DNA of 62,943 bases, filler included, from Reticulomyxa filosa (taxonomy: Eukaryota > Protista > Foraminifera): the NCBI GenBank assembly GCA_000512085.1. It is 19 parts of 19 records of this genome, joined end to end, with 100 filler letters (N's around TTAATTAATTAA, not from the genome) between each part and the next. Parts side by side here need not be neighbours in the genome. Positions count along the whole stretch, not along the records: positions 1 to 3,528 come from ASPP01023229.1; positions 3,629 to 8,186 come from ASPP01003980.1; positions 8,287 to 12,341 come from ASPP01020497.1; positions 12,442 to 15,243 come from ASPP01026827.1; 15 more parts are not named here. The stretch is one strand, 5' to 3'. The notes under the pieces are model-generated. The model worked only from the letters and a program-made list of their open reading frames with translations. It did not search any database and had not been told where the DNA came from. The position numbers were made by a program, and so were the translations under genes. This document shows, piece by piece, positions 1-13,163 of the stretch (its first letter is position 1; each line of letters starts with the position of its first letter).

Positions 1-587
1 TCTTCCAATTTTCTATTTTTTTTCTTTCTTTTTTCTATTTATTTTCTATTTCTATTTCTTTACATTTTTTTTCTTTTTTATTATCATCTTTTTTTTTTTA
101 CTCATTTATTTTCCCCTTTTTTTTAATTTATTATTCTATTTTTTTTATTATTACATTTTTTTAGTCCCCCTTAAATCTTTTTTTTTTTCCCTACTTATAA
201 CCCTTTTTTTCTTCCCACTTAACCTTTTTTATAAATTTGGTATACCTGATGTCTATACACAAACAATTACATCTTATAGTTTTTTCAAAGACAAAACAAG
301 AAATATTAACTGCAATAAGTGGGCCCACTCTAAGTTCAGTTTTCTTTTTCCCTATCAAACGCTTTACAAATTTTTGTTTTATTTTTGAGGGATTGTGGAT
401 AATACATAAATATAAATATAAACATATATAATTTTTTTTCTTTGAAGGGGGAATTCCTATTACTTGACAAACATAAACACAAACACACCACATTATAATA
501 AAAGTATATATATACACATACATACAAACATACTTTTTTTGCTCCTTTCGGAGGCGGGATGGAGTTCTACCCCGATTTTCTTTTTCA

Positions 588-619
<32 letters not shown>

Positions 620-869
620 TATTTTGTGTGTATGTGGAGACAGGGACCAAAGGAACAATCATTACCGGACGGGGGAACCTATATACAAACGCAAACATTA
701 TGTATGCATAAAAAAAAAGAGATAAATAACACAAACCTTTTTTCTCCTTTCGGAGATGGGGGTGGTTTCTACTCCTTCTTCTTTTTTCTAATCACAGTTG
801 GGGGTGGATTCTATTGTGACAAACACAAAATATATAGTTACAGATCTCACATAAACAAAAAAAAAAGAT

Positions 870-1875
870 TTACCTTCTTTGGCACACAATATTGCAATTC
901 ACCTCTTGTATTGCATTGCCACAACGATAAGTGGGTGGAGCTCAACCATCCATTTGCGGCTTCTCCAATTCGACAATAATTTGTGCCATTTTGTTTAAAT
1001 CTCCAATCTCCACGCGTATATTATACACAAATCACATCCAAGAGATAATATCTGTATCGCAGAAACAAAAAAAGAAAAGAGATAACTTGTCAACATGACA
1101 TAATCGACGTAGATTGGATATCAATGAAATTATTTGTAGGCATGCACTGTATTGTCGATTGCGAATGCGTGATTGTCGTGTCGGAGCTGGGGCAATGTGT
1201 GAAGGCAAGCAAATCGGTTGGTATCCACAGCCATGGGAATCTTGCATTAACTGCTAAGTGCCATTGAAAGCCACTTATTGGAAAAATCAGCGCCTTTGTA
1301 CACAAAAAGAGTAGGCATCACGGCCGACTTGCAATAGAATTGCTTGTCGGTTGCGTTATGCCCATTTCTCTTATGTGTGCCAATAGCGCTTCAGTCGCCT
1401 TAAGGGCATGCTATGGGCAAGCGAACAATGGAACTTACTTCAACCACGACTTGTACCAGCGATTGGACCTTGCGTTGGAGTTTTCATCGCCGTATATCCA
1501 GGACTCACTTTGCAATACCACTACATCATTACGTATATCTTGACGGTCTGTACGTATATACAATTTTTTGTTTTGCTTTTTTAAAAATAAATAAATAAAA
1601 AAACAAACAAAAAAAAAAACAACTTAACATTGTATAATTGGATAATACTTGCAACATAGTTTTGCATAAGAATTGGACAGCGATAAATTGGAATTACAAA
1701 TTGGCTGCGACTATCGACAATGCTTGCGACTGAGTTCTGCGCTAGTATCAACGTGGTACCCGGAACAATTAATTGCAAACATAGTTTTGAATGTCATACT
1801 CGTTCTTGCTGCTGGCACAGTTTGCACATTTCATTCGACGGTGGCGTCATCAACACTTCCACTTTGGCATTTGTA
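870..1875 (-). pseudogene. Decayed multi-exon gene of unknown family
   Basis: Exon-like GC blocks flanked by AT-rich intron-like tracts. ORFs 1794..2003 and 1581..1778 are in the same frame, separated by a TGA, and further stops and shifts follow. Confidence 0.35.
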
Positions 1876-3528
1876 AGTGTAATATTGCTTTTGTTATTTT
1901 TTAAAAAAATCATTTTTGAAGCAAAATTTCTTACATGTGCAATACATACTTCCCTTGTTATCTTTGATATACGTAAACGTACAATTTTTTTTTTAATGAA
2001 CATTTTTTTTTTTCACATTTGATCTTTTACTCAATGTTATTTAACTGTATAATATCGATTTGAATATCAATTTATAAAATGTTGCGCAGATCGTCGACGA
2101 AGACGGGAACATATTCATGGAAGGCGTTTTGTTATGTGGCATCTTATTGGAATTATTTGGCTTAATCGGTGGCTTGTTTCGAGAAATGAGTATACTCTCA
2201 TTCTTTGATGGTGTTGACTTTTTATCGAAAATTTGCACCACGATACTATTGTCAGGCCATTGATTCGTGAATATTGCACACGCTTCCAATTATCAATTCT
2301 ACAAGTAGCTGATAGAATTGTTCTTTGTTATTGTAAATATATATTGTCAACGGTCCAAACGCGTTTGTCCGTTCCCAGTTGACTGCACATTTCATTGTTT
2401 GCACCTGACACAACAAACACGTTTAATGTGGAATCGCCAGCGTCAAGGTGGATTTCACGCTGCCAACACTAAAGTTTCCACTCAATATTTTTTGCTCAGT
2501 TTGTCCCCTCCGCTCGCCGAACGGAAGGATATCAAATGCAATAAAGCCATTTTAAGAAAAACAAAAAATTTTGTGGCAAATAATTTGCAGCAATGCCAAG
2601 TTAATTGAAAAAATGTAATTTGTTGCAATTTGTTTTATAAAAGTTGATGTCTTTCTCATTTCAAAATTCTTTCAGGCCAATCTCAGCATGCCCAAATAAA
2701 AAGGCTAACGGATACAAACAGAAATAATTTCCAATTAAAAAAAAAAAAAGGGAAAAGCAGGACCACAACAATTTTCAACAAAAGAAAGAACAAGTGCTTC
2801 GTAGCTGCCGTCATAGAAAAATGTTTTATCTTTCATACGATTAAGTTTGTAATGCAAATCGTGGGGATTACATCATGTTTAGTCATATAATGTAATGATG
2901 AGATATTGACAAGACCTTTGCGTTCGTTCGCTATGTCAATACCAAAATTACATATGGTACATAACATGCAATTTCTTGACTTTATTTTATTTGAAATTTG
3001 GAAAAATCGAAATAAATGTGTCGTCATTCCAATAAGAAAATAAGCAATCTTTTCTCTCTGCTGCCTCCCTCTACAAAGAGGAGGATATTCAAATACAAAA
3101 ATTGATGCACCTACGCTACAAATCTTTGCAAATCTCTCAATTCCTTTCGTATAGTCATTATAGCAATCTCATGTTGTTTAATAACCGTGCAGTTGGCCAT
3201 ATTATGGAAAAAATAAAAGTGGATTGGATATGAAGTAATCCAAAGATAAAATATTGATGTATAATTAAAAAAGAAATTTGATTCAGTTTGACTTACTGTA
3301 TCATTATCAGATATAAAGATCGATGAAATTATCCGAAGCAAATAATAACTTTGTTTGAAGTGAATGTTGAACAAGTAAATTTGATCTATCAAAAAAAAAT
3401 CGCATGGACAATGAAACATAAAGTAAGTGAAAGCAATAATCATTTGTCATTTATCACTTCTCATATTGGCAATATTGATTTATTTCAATGACCAATTTCA
3501 ATTTATTAAACACGCCATTTTATCAGTC

Positions 3529-3628
3529 NNNNNNNNNNNNNNNNNNNNNNNNNNNNNNNNNNNNNNNNNNNNTTAATTAATTAANNNNNNNNNNNNNNNN
3601 NNNNNNNNNNNNNNNNNNNNNNNNNNNN
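3529..3628. other. Artificial contig spacer (44N-TTAATTAATTAA-44N), first of 18
   Basis: Identical 100-nt units start at 3529, 8187, 12342, 15244, 24031, 26320, 30022, 31852, 36350, 38473, 39789, 43650, 46810, 48348, 51047, 57161, 60653 and 61830. The core gives stops in all six frames. Confidence 0.98.
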
Positions 3629-5270
3629 CGGTGTCCTGTGAGTTTCGATTTATCCGACGTAGTGGTGCCTGATCGCAATGTCGATTATTTTTTTTACTTC
3701 CACTTCTTCGCCAGTTCAATCGCTGCCGTTTCTACAATAATATCCAAATCGCGATATTACGGTTTTCTTTTTCTTCTTGGCGAGCTTACTTTCATATTTG
3801 GCGGCACCAAGGTCAAGATATTGTCTGCGATTGATCTGAGAGAATCTTGCCACATTGTTCCAACTCCACATTGCGATGTTTCCCAACTGCAATTTCATCT
3901 GTTCTAGTCGCCGTTGTGATGAAAAATATACTTTGGCCTGATCGAATGGACGTGATCATTTACATATTCTATTCACTATTAGATGTGTTTATTTCTTTGT
4001 TTTTTTTATTGACACCCAACACGTCGTCCATAGTTCACTGAGGCAGTTCGGCAACGATAACATGCTCTTGCTAGACAAATACAAGGCACATAATTCTTGC
4101 GGCGACGGAACTGGAAAATGCAAACAGCTCTATTTCTTCTCCGATTGACAATATCCAATGTTTTTTGCGAGCTGACGATTCAAAGTACAAGTTGTGCATG
4201 TGCGTACGCACATACGACCAGTTTCGGCACGAGTGATCGATCCACGCATTCACAAAATAACACAATTTTCATAACAACCGATTGTTCCTTGTTCGTTAGT
4301 GCCTATCGATTGAATTTCGATACTATCTTTGGTGCTATGCAGCGCCAACAATTATCCGAAGATACTTTTACGCACCTATGTTGATTGTAAATATTCTTTA
4401 CGATGCTTCGGGCTGCTAATGCTTGAAATTGACGCATTCGTTTAGAATTTTCCATTGACACGATACTGGAAGTTGGCTGATACATGCGAGTGGCGACTTT
4501 GCGCGTGTTCGAATATGAAAAACGATTCTATAGCTAGACTAAACAAAGTCAGACTACTTATTTATTTTTTTTAAACTAATTGAACGCTATATGAACTCGG
4601 AATTCTTTTTCTTCAATTCATCATCCTTCCTGTCTCAATCTTCTGGTCCTTGACGCGAGTTTTGCACAACCCCACGAATTGAACCCCTTTCATATGGAAC
4701 AATCCTCCCGATGCAGTCGTTTGCCCGATCGCCACAAATGAGTACTTCCTGACATCTTCCACGATATTTTTTTCATAGCTTTCAACTTCTTCGTCAGGCC
4801 TTTACGTTTTCACATTCAAAACTGATTATTCGGGCCTAACTCAAACGAATACAAATTGTGATCAAAAAATGCACAAACCTCTATATGTTCATCGATCGCC
4901 AATGTTGCCAGTGATATCAAAATTCAAAATCTAAAGTTACAAATTTGCGACGAGTTTTTATTATTCTTGCGTTCACCAAGTTGCGATATTTCAATAACGA
5001 CGAGTTTCCATTATTTGTTGTCGACGATATATGGAGTGTGACGACTTTTTTGGTGATTTGCCTGCCGACTAGTTTTTTAAAAAAATCAAACGAGATTATC
5101 TCAAGACGATTTATCTTTTTTCTTCTTGATTGCCTGTTTCTTGACCAGTTTCGCAATCCTATTCACCAATGACAATGTCTCAGCGCTTCATCATATCGGC
5201 ACAATCACAACTAAATCTAAAGTGCGAAAATGCGCACGTACACTATTAGTTCGATTAGCGATCAGTCTAC
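3629..5270 (-). pseudogene. Decayed coding-like sequence, family unrecognised
   Basis: About 1.6 kb of coding-like composition broken into short ORFs in alternating frames (e.g. PDEEVESYEKNIVEDVRKYSFVAIGQ). Confidence 0.35.
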
Positions 5271-7579
5271 TCTAATCGATTATCCAACGTTTCTTTTTTA
5301 ATTTTTTTAATCTTTTTTTCTTTTTCTTTTTCTTTTTATATCTTTTTAATCTTTTTTCTTTTTTCACATTGTCTTCTTTTTATTTTATTTTTCTTACTCA
5401 TTTTTCAACTATTTTTTTCATTTCTTTTATTTATCATCTTCATTTTTTTATTTTTTCTATTTTCTAATAATTTTCCACTATTTTTATACTTTCTTTTTCC
5501 CCCTTTTCACATTTATTTTTTCTTTTTTCCAATTTATTTTCTTTCATAATCCATTTTTTTCATTAAATTTTTTCCATTTTCCCAATTTTTTCCCTCAATT
5601 TTTTCCTTCAATTTTCTTTTCCCCACAAAGTTTCCCTAATCCAATAAAATGAAAAAAAAAAAATAAAAACTTTCAATCTTTTTGATCCTTGAACACTATA
5701 CACAAACCACAAGTTGAAATAATTTTTTTTTTTTTAACAAAAAAAAACAAAAACATACTTTTGTCGTGGAGCTTACAGTTCCAATTCCAATCACCTATTT
5801 CTTTTTTTTTCTTTTGTAAAGGGGAGGGGGTAAATAAAATTTGTTGTTGATGGGTGCATGCCTATTGACAGCACACAAACATTTGATAAAAAAAATCACA
5901 AATAAAATAAATAAAAGAAACAAACCGTTTCATTTTTTTGCAATACGGGGTGGCTTCAACCCCGAAATTTTTCTTTGTTGGGAGTTGGACGTATACATTT
6001 TATTTTTTTTTTGAACAGACGGGTTGCGGCTGTTGATCAAAGAACAAACAAAGTCGATACGTCAAAAAAAAAAACACGTATAAATTTAGATCAAACCATT
6101 ATTACTCCTCGCGGAGACGGGGGGCCTTACCCCATAATCAATTATTTTTTTTCTCTTGATAAAGGATGCACAGCATCCAAACAAAAATGACATCTTTTTA
6201 TTATTTTTTTTTTGAGTTTGCGACTGTTCAAACAAAACAAAACCAAACCACTTTTTAGTTGCAAAATAACGTAAAAAGAGAAAAAGACCTACCAGTGTTT
6301 GCTAAGAAGACGATTGGCGCCTTAATTATGTACTGGTACTAAAGAGATACAACCAAAGAAAAAAAAAGACCTTTTTTTCTTAAACAACACGTAGACCACA
6401 ATTCATAAGTGTCTATTAAAAAAAATGTAAATTTGCAATTTTTTTGAATATTTTGGCATTTTGACAAAATAGCTTGAAAAAAAATTGTTAAAAATTTTGT
6501 ATATTTCATTTTCGGTTCTAAAAAATGGATTAATTACAGATAATTGAAATTAAAATGGTTTTTTTTGAATAAATCCTTACTTTTTCTTGAGTAATGATTT
6601 TTCTCTGGAAGAGAAAAAGTTTTCCCTTTTTAGAAAAAGTTCTCTTAGACATTACAAAGGTTGTTTTGACTCTTCTTTCTTTAAACAACCTAACAAGCCA
6701 AATATATCTAATATGGAGACTTCCTTCACCAATGTAGTCCTCTGCAAAAATGTAACAGCTGCAGAAAAAGAAAAAATAGAGTCTGTGTAAACCCAAGACG
6801 CCCAAAATAACAACACCATTCAAAAAAAAAGGTGTTGTCATCGCGGTCCAAACAAATACGCTTTTTTATTGTGGTCTCTCCTGACGTTGTATATCTATCT
6901 TCACAGCCAAGCGAGGATACCAATTTTTTTTGTTGTCCCAAAAGTGCATAATAAATGAATAAATAAAATATTCGATCATATACCATTTCCACAATTAAAA
7001 ATAAAATCAACAATGATATCTTCTGTTCATTGATCGAAATTGATGGTCAATAATAATCAGTACACGGAATTACAAAAAAATATCACCAACAATGGGGGGG
7101 GGGGAGTCAATTATTATAACGAAGTTTCTCAATGTTAATGTACGTGTTAGTTTTTTGTAAGAACTTTTTTTATTAGATCATGTTTTTATGTTTTTTTTTG
7201 TCGCTGTAATGTGGCCAAATATGAAACAAGCTAAAAACTCATTCAAAACATCAAATTTAATAGTTAAATACTTTGACTATCCAAAAAAAAAACAAAGAAT
7301 AATAAAGTTGCCAATCATTCAATTTGGGTATTACTTCTTTTTTGAAATTATCACAAGTAGAAAAAATATTTAATACTGAAAACAAGAAAACAGATGAAAG
7401 ATCTCAGGTAGGTGTACACAATCAACCCGATGATACCCTATCAAAACATGTACATCTTCGACCATAATTTCTGAACATTGCAAGAGCGGGGATTGAAATA
7501 GCAAATGTAATTTTTGCAATTTTTTAAAGCTTTAATCTCTTGTCAAAAAATAAGTTTAAAACAAGGTTTCTCCCGTAGA

Positions 7580-8135
7580 ATCCTCGACAGTGGAAAGAAG
7601 TCAACTTGATGAATGTAAACAAAGTTTGCAATTGGTCTTTAAAGTCAAGATACTCCAAAGTAGATTTGACGAAAAAAGAGATCTTCAAAAAGAAAGACAT
7701 GACACCACAATTTCGACAAATGGTGGAAACACTATAGCGATGGTTGACTGTGTGCAAGACCACAGAGTGCTTCAAGTGGAGGTATCTTGAAACTAACAAA
7801 GATAAAAGATCATGAGAATTTTGAGCAGCTGGACGAACAGAATGAAGGCAATATTGTGACAAACAAACATCACAAACCGGCTTCTTTGCATATTTTTTCA
7901 AACAAATTTGTAAATAAAGTCACATTGGACCAAATTGTAAAAAATTATTTCACTACTTACAATCGTCGACTCGCCAACTTTGACGACGGCACACCTGTAG
8001 ATAAAAATGATGTAAGCCAGCAGTCGATGATTTGGCAAGTGCAAGATCGTACAAAAACTCACTATGATTACACATACTACTCAGCTCGTGATTATGCCAT
8101 TGGTAATCGAATTGAATTAACTAATAATAAAAAAG
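7580..8135 (+). pseudogene. Disrupted hypothetical gene fragment
   Basis: Overlapping ORFs 7590..7790 and 7787 onward. A third frame (RQWKEVNLMN...VETL*RWLTVCK) has an internal stop. Ends at a GT before a TA-rich tract. Confidence 0.35.
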
Positions 8136-8381
8136 GTGTTTTTTTTTTAAATATACGTACATATTATGTATACATATGTATACATANNNNNNNNNNNNNN
8201 NNNNNNNNNNNNNNNNNNNNNNNNNNNNNNTTAATTAATTAANNNNNNNNNNNNNNNNNNNNNNNNNNNNNNNNNNNNNNNNNNNNTATATGTATATATA
8301 TGTATATGTATGTATATGCAAGTCATATGGAAACTCTTTGATATATTTGTTAATGTAAAACATACAACTACAACGTTGGAC

Positions 8382-8837
8382 TTAACTAAAAGTGTGGTAA
8401 ATATCAAATGTAATCGAACCGGTGACTCTGTTCAAAGGGCGCTTTGTGTACGTATGAAACACTGAGGTAGCGTTATAAGGAAACGGCACGGTCAATGATC
8501 CTTGACTTTCTTGTCCATTTATTGACATGGTCACTTGCATAGCGCACAGTGGATGCCATTTCAGTGTCGTTATAGTCTTTGTGTCGAATAGCCAACATAG
8601 TGGTGTATCACTACTGAAGTCGATTTTTGTGCTGTTGTAACTCTTTACTGTCGTCCACTTTGCTGTTGTTTTGTCGTTGTCTCTCCACAATTGCACGCTC
8701 ACTGTTGACTTCCCTTTGTATTGCAGATTCTCTATGCTACGCATTTTTACACATGATTGCACTAACAATGTTGAGTCACTTTCGCATATCAATGGCCATA
8801 CCAATATTGTCACTTTTTGTTTTTTCAATGCACACAT
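8382..8837 (-). CDS. Hypothetical beta-rich protein exon (possibly C2-like), partial
   Basis: 151-codon ORF with alternating hydrophobic beta-strand pattern, bounded by intron-like AT tracts. The gene is truncated by a spacer. Confidence 0.45.
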   Translation of the reverse strand: MCALKKQKVTILVWPLICESDSTLLVQSCVKMRSIENLQYKGKSTVSVQLWRDNDKTTAKWTTVKSYNSTKIDFSSDTPLCWLFDTKTITTLKWHPLCAMQVTMSINGQESQGSLTVPFPYNATSVFHTYTKRPLNRVTGSITFDIYHTFS

Positions 8838-9448
8838 ATATACACCTCAAGATCTAATCCCCCTTTTTTTTTTTGTTTTGTTCATTTTTCATACAAAGGT
8901 TTTTTTTTTTGCTTGTATAACAGCTAGCTTTGTCCACACTTACAAAAAATTATTGATAAATATTTCTCTAAAATATTCATCTTGATATTTCCGAATGATA
9001 CCTGGAGCTTCCGTTTTCAATGAACTGCAAACAAAAAAAAAAAAAAGGTGACCAGTTCCAAAAAAGTTTTACAATTAGCTTATCACACAAAAAACAAAAG
9101 TGTTATAGCCCAAAACTTGGTATTAATGACAAAAACAAAATGACATCAAAAATTTGAGTTTAAAGCTATTTTTTTATAAAAATAAAACTTTGATGAATCA
9201 TTTTTCCACAAAATTTTTCTTAAAAAGCAGTTAAAATAGTATTAAACACGGTTAAAAAATTTTTTATTTTCCTTTTGAAAGGTATATGCTGTTGATATCC
9301 GCATTTTGCACTGCAGCACAACATTTTTTTGGTCCGAATATCGACCACTGCCACACCAAAAAAGAACTCTATCCTAAAATTTAAAAAAAAAAACCTCCTC
9401 AAATAACAACCATTATAAATTTCAAGTTCTGGGTGCTTGGAAGATAAA

Positions 9449-11018
9449 ATGCTGACCAAGTTCAAGTCCATATTATCAAATATTCGTTCTGAAGGTTCCA
9501 GCGTCCCCAAAATATCTGGAAACTTCAGCCTGCTCTCCAGAAGACAATTTACTGGCTTGAACCCTTATGTGATATCGCCAGAGAAGTTGGAAAAAATTAG
9601 AAATGGTCCAGGATTGGATGAATTTTTGAAGTCAAAAGGAGGGCATGGTTGTCATAGTGGCAGTATTGAGGACGAAGACGAAGGAGTACAAGAAGAAGAA
9701 GAAGAAGAAGAAGTAGACGAGACAATATCACCAGGCTACGCAGGACGAACAATAGTCCGCAGTCATGGCGAAGAAGGAGGGAAGAATTTGGGACAAGTGT
9801 TTCATAGACAAAAGAAATCAGAGAACCGTTTACCAGAATGGCTAAAGATGAAAGTGCCATCAGGGAAGAACTACGAGCGATTGAAAGAGACAGTGAAAAA
9901 ATTGAATCTGGCGACAGTGTGCGAAGAAGCGAAATGTCCAAATATCGGCGAGTGTTGGGGAGGAGGGGAGCACTCCACGGCCACAGCAACGATCATGTTG
10001 ATGGGAGATACATGCACCCGTGGTTGTCGCTTTTGCAGTGTGGCCACGAGCAAAACGCCGCCGCCGTTGGACCCCAATGAGCCTTTGCGAGTAGCAAAAG
10101 CCATCTTGTCGTGGGGACTTGACTATGTCGTTCTCACTAGCGTGGACCGAGATGATTTGTCAGATGGAGGGGCACAACATATTGCTTTATGTGTCGAGGC
10201 TATTAAAGTTATATATATATATATGTATATATATGTATTACTTATATTTATATGAGAAGAGGCAAAAAAAAAAAAGCATTGACAAATATATCCAAATAAA
10301 AAATATTAAAAGCGTGGAACAAATACCGCGACAGAAAGTGGGGATAAAACCAATGACAAAGAAAATAAAATCCCTTTTGTGGAAGTGCTGACACCCGATT
10401 TCCAGGGCCTCGCGTCTTCCATTGAACGGGTTGCTCTTTCTGGACTGGATGTGTTTGCCCACAACATCGAAACCGTTCGCGAACTTACTCCCTTTGTTCG
10501 GGATCGTCGTGCCAAGTACGACCAATCGCTGTTCGTCTTGCAACATGCCAAACGCATCCGCGCTCAACACACCGACTTGCCGCCTTTGATCACCAAGTCG
10601 TCCATCATGCTCGGGTGTGGCGAACACAAGGGCCAGATCTCTCAAGCTTTGGCCGACTTGAAGGCACACGACGTCGATGTCGTCACCTTTGGCCAGTATT
10701 TGAGACCGACACGAAAACATATGAAAGTTGCAGAATATGTCCATCCTGATCAATTTGAGGCTTACAAACAAGTTATCTTGTCATATCCAATACATATATA
10801 CATATATACATATGTATGTGTATATGCAATTTTTTTTTGAAATGTATGCTTTCAACTATTTTATTTAAACAAAAAAAAATTCATGTGTTACACAAAAACA
10901 GGAAGCAGAAAGTATGGGGTTCTTATATGTTGCTAGTGGTCCTTTGGTGAGGTCTTCTTACAAAGCAGGAGAATTTTTTTTAACCAATCACTTAAGCAAA
11001 AAAAAAAGTACAATATAA
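9449..11018 (+). CDS. LIAS: Lipoyl synthase, mitochondrial (radical SAM); exons 9449-10207, 10313-10771, 10902-11018
   Basis: [12 protein letters not shown] (CX4CX5C), CTRGCRFC (CX3CX2C), [20 protein letters not shown] and C-terminal [12 protein letters not shown]. Two phase-0 GT-AG introns join the frames. Ser/Arg-rich presequence-like N-terminus. Confidence 0.97.
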
Positions 11019-11814
11019 TTAGCACAATTGTATTTTATCATTCATTCAATAAAAATGCTGTTTCAATAGTTTCTTCGAATTAACCACCTTCACAATCATA
11101 TTCATTGAGCTACTTTCGTTCATCAATTTTTTATCTAAATGCTCTCACAAAAGGAAAGAGTTTGATAATTAATGGATATTTTGACTTTTGAGATTCACTT
11201 TTAAAAACTTGTGACAAAAAACTTTGGAGTTGGCATGACATTGGATCGACAGGATTTTTCTTAAATAATTTTGACCAAAGTTTTTTTATCTGTCGTAACA
11301 TTCAACTCTTTCACAAGTTTCAATTTTATTCTTATCTGGGGTTTACTGCCACGCCATTGTCTGAATGTTTGTTTTACATAGCGTTTATATAAGTCGTGGA
11401 TTGCTTGTATTTTTGCGCTTGGACAGATAGCGCATTTTGATTTGCGCTACTTTTCAATGTATAGTATCTCATTGATCTTATTTTTGCCTTTCGAAATATA
11501 CACAAACAATTGTATTTAAAAAAAATTTTAATGAATTTTTGGCGTAAGGAAAATAAATATCTTTTATTCGCAATTAGAGAATAAATTATTTACAAATATA
11601 ATTTTTTTATAAAAGTCGAGATGGGCTGCAGTTCATAATTTATCAAGTGCATGTCTTCAAGTAGAACAAAACTCAAAGGTAGAAGCAATCCAATAACATA
11701 CTTTTTTTTAAACTAAGACGTGAAACTATTACACGTGTGTAGATCTTTTGTGGTTTGTTTTTTTTAAAAAAAGACGGAACCAGAATCAAAGCCCCCCCTT
11801 GTTTCTCTTCTGAC

Positions 11815-12341
11815 ATGAACATTGTCAATTGGGATTATCCAGATCTTGGAGAGGACATGATTGTCCCTGATAGCGTCCTTGGAAGTTTTCAAGCCGACAT
11901 GTTTGAGGTATGTATAATTTCCTTTATTCCTCCTTCGTCCTATGACACAAAAAAAGAGAATAAAACTAAAAATTGACTGTGGATATGACAGTCATCAGTA
12001 TCTTTGGAACCTGTGGTAAAGCGACGTAAATATTCTCACAATATGTGTGGATCTCCATCATCTGCAAATGGGAGCAGTACGGGACAAGAGAGTATGGCGC
12101 CCCTTGCAATGGTCCCTCAATTTCGGCCAATGTATTCGCCAAGCAACGGTGGGACGACGCCGCAGCACCAAAGTATGGGAGACTACCAGACAGGCCATCC
12201 GAGCGTGTTTGCACGCCAGATGAACGGGCACTTGAACCCAGCAGGTCTGTCGCAAATGATGGCAATGGAAAGCATTGGAATTGACTTTGAAATGTTTCCA
12301 TCTGTCAATGTCAATCTGCCTTATCTGAACGGTGTGTGTGT
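11815..12341 (+). CDS. Hypothetical protein, 5' part (Met/Gln/Pro-rich, VKRRK possible NLS)
   Basis: ATG at 11815, GAG|GTATGT donor at 11908, second exon in the frame of ORF 12004. Truncated by a spacer. Confidence 0.55.
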
Positions 12342-13163
12342 NNNNNNNNNNNNNNNNNNNNNNNNNNNNNNNNNNNNNNNNNNNNTTAATTAATTAANNN
12401 NNNNNNNNNNNNNNNNNNNNNNNNNNNNNNNNNNNNNNNNNTGTTGACAGTGTTTTCCTCTCATGAACAAGATCATTTGTTCGCTGTGTCCTTTTTTGGA
12501 ACGAATTGCTCTTTTTAGCTGGGATAATCTCAATTCTGCAAAAAAAAACACATAACAATTGGGATTATTTTTCAGAAGAAATTAAAGTGAACGACGACAT
12601 GCAATATCGTGAAACAAACTTTTAAAAGCACATACAAAGTTTGTTGAGTTATTATACACCAGTTTATCTTAAATTATAAAATTTTAAAAGATGAAACAAG
12701 TAATAAACTTAATTTTAAATTTAAATTAATAATAACAAAAGTTAAAGGTAAATTTTTAAAATTTGCTGTTTTCAAATGGCTCAAAAATAAATTTAGTAAG
12801 TAAAAAACAGCCAAAGTTTCACATAGACAAGAATAGCATTAACAAAAAGTATTATAAGTCAAAGACATTGACAAATACTAAAAAAAGTACAAGCAAAGAT
12901 CATAAGCTTATGCAATAATGTTGATTTGAATCTGTTTTTTTGATTCAACCAATAACTGTAAATATTAGTTATTATTGTGGAATATATCTTTGGACCCACA
13001 ACTTGAATTTTGTGTTTTTTTTTAAGCTTTTTATTTGATGAATTGAGAAAATTTGTCCTTTGCAAAAGTAAAATCACTTGAAGGGACAAATGAAGGAAAA
13101 AAGACCAAATGAGAAAAATAACTAAGAACAACCAACCCTACAAACACATTCGTTTTTATTAAT

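Noticed and set aside
1794-1796. In-frame TGA between two ORFs as selenocysteine or readthrough
   Set aside because: No redox motif is present and the neighbouring segments have further stops and frameshifts. Pseudogene decay is simpler.
5946-5964. tRNA T-arm or B-box
   Set aside because: No acceptor, D or anticodon arms around it.
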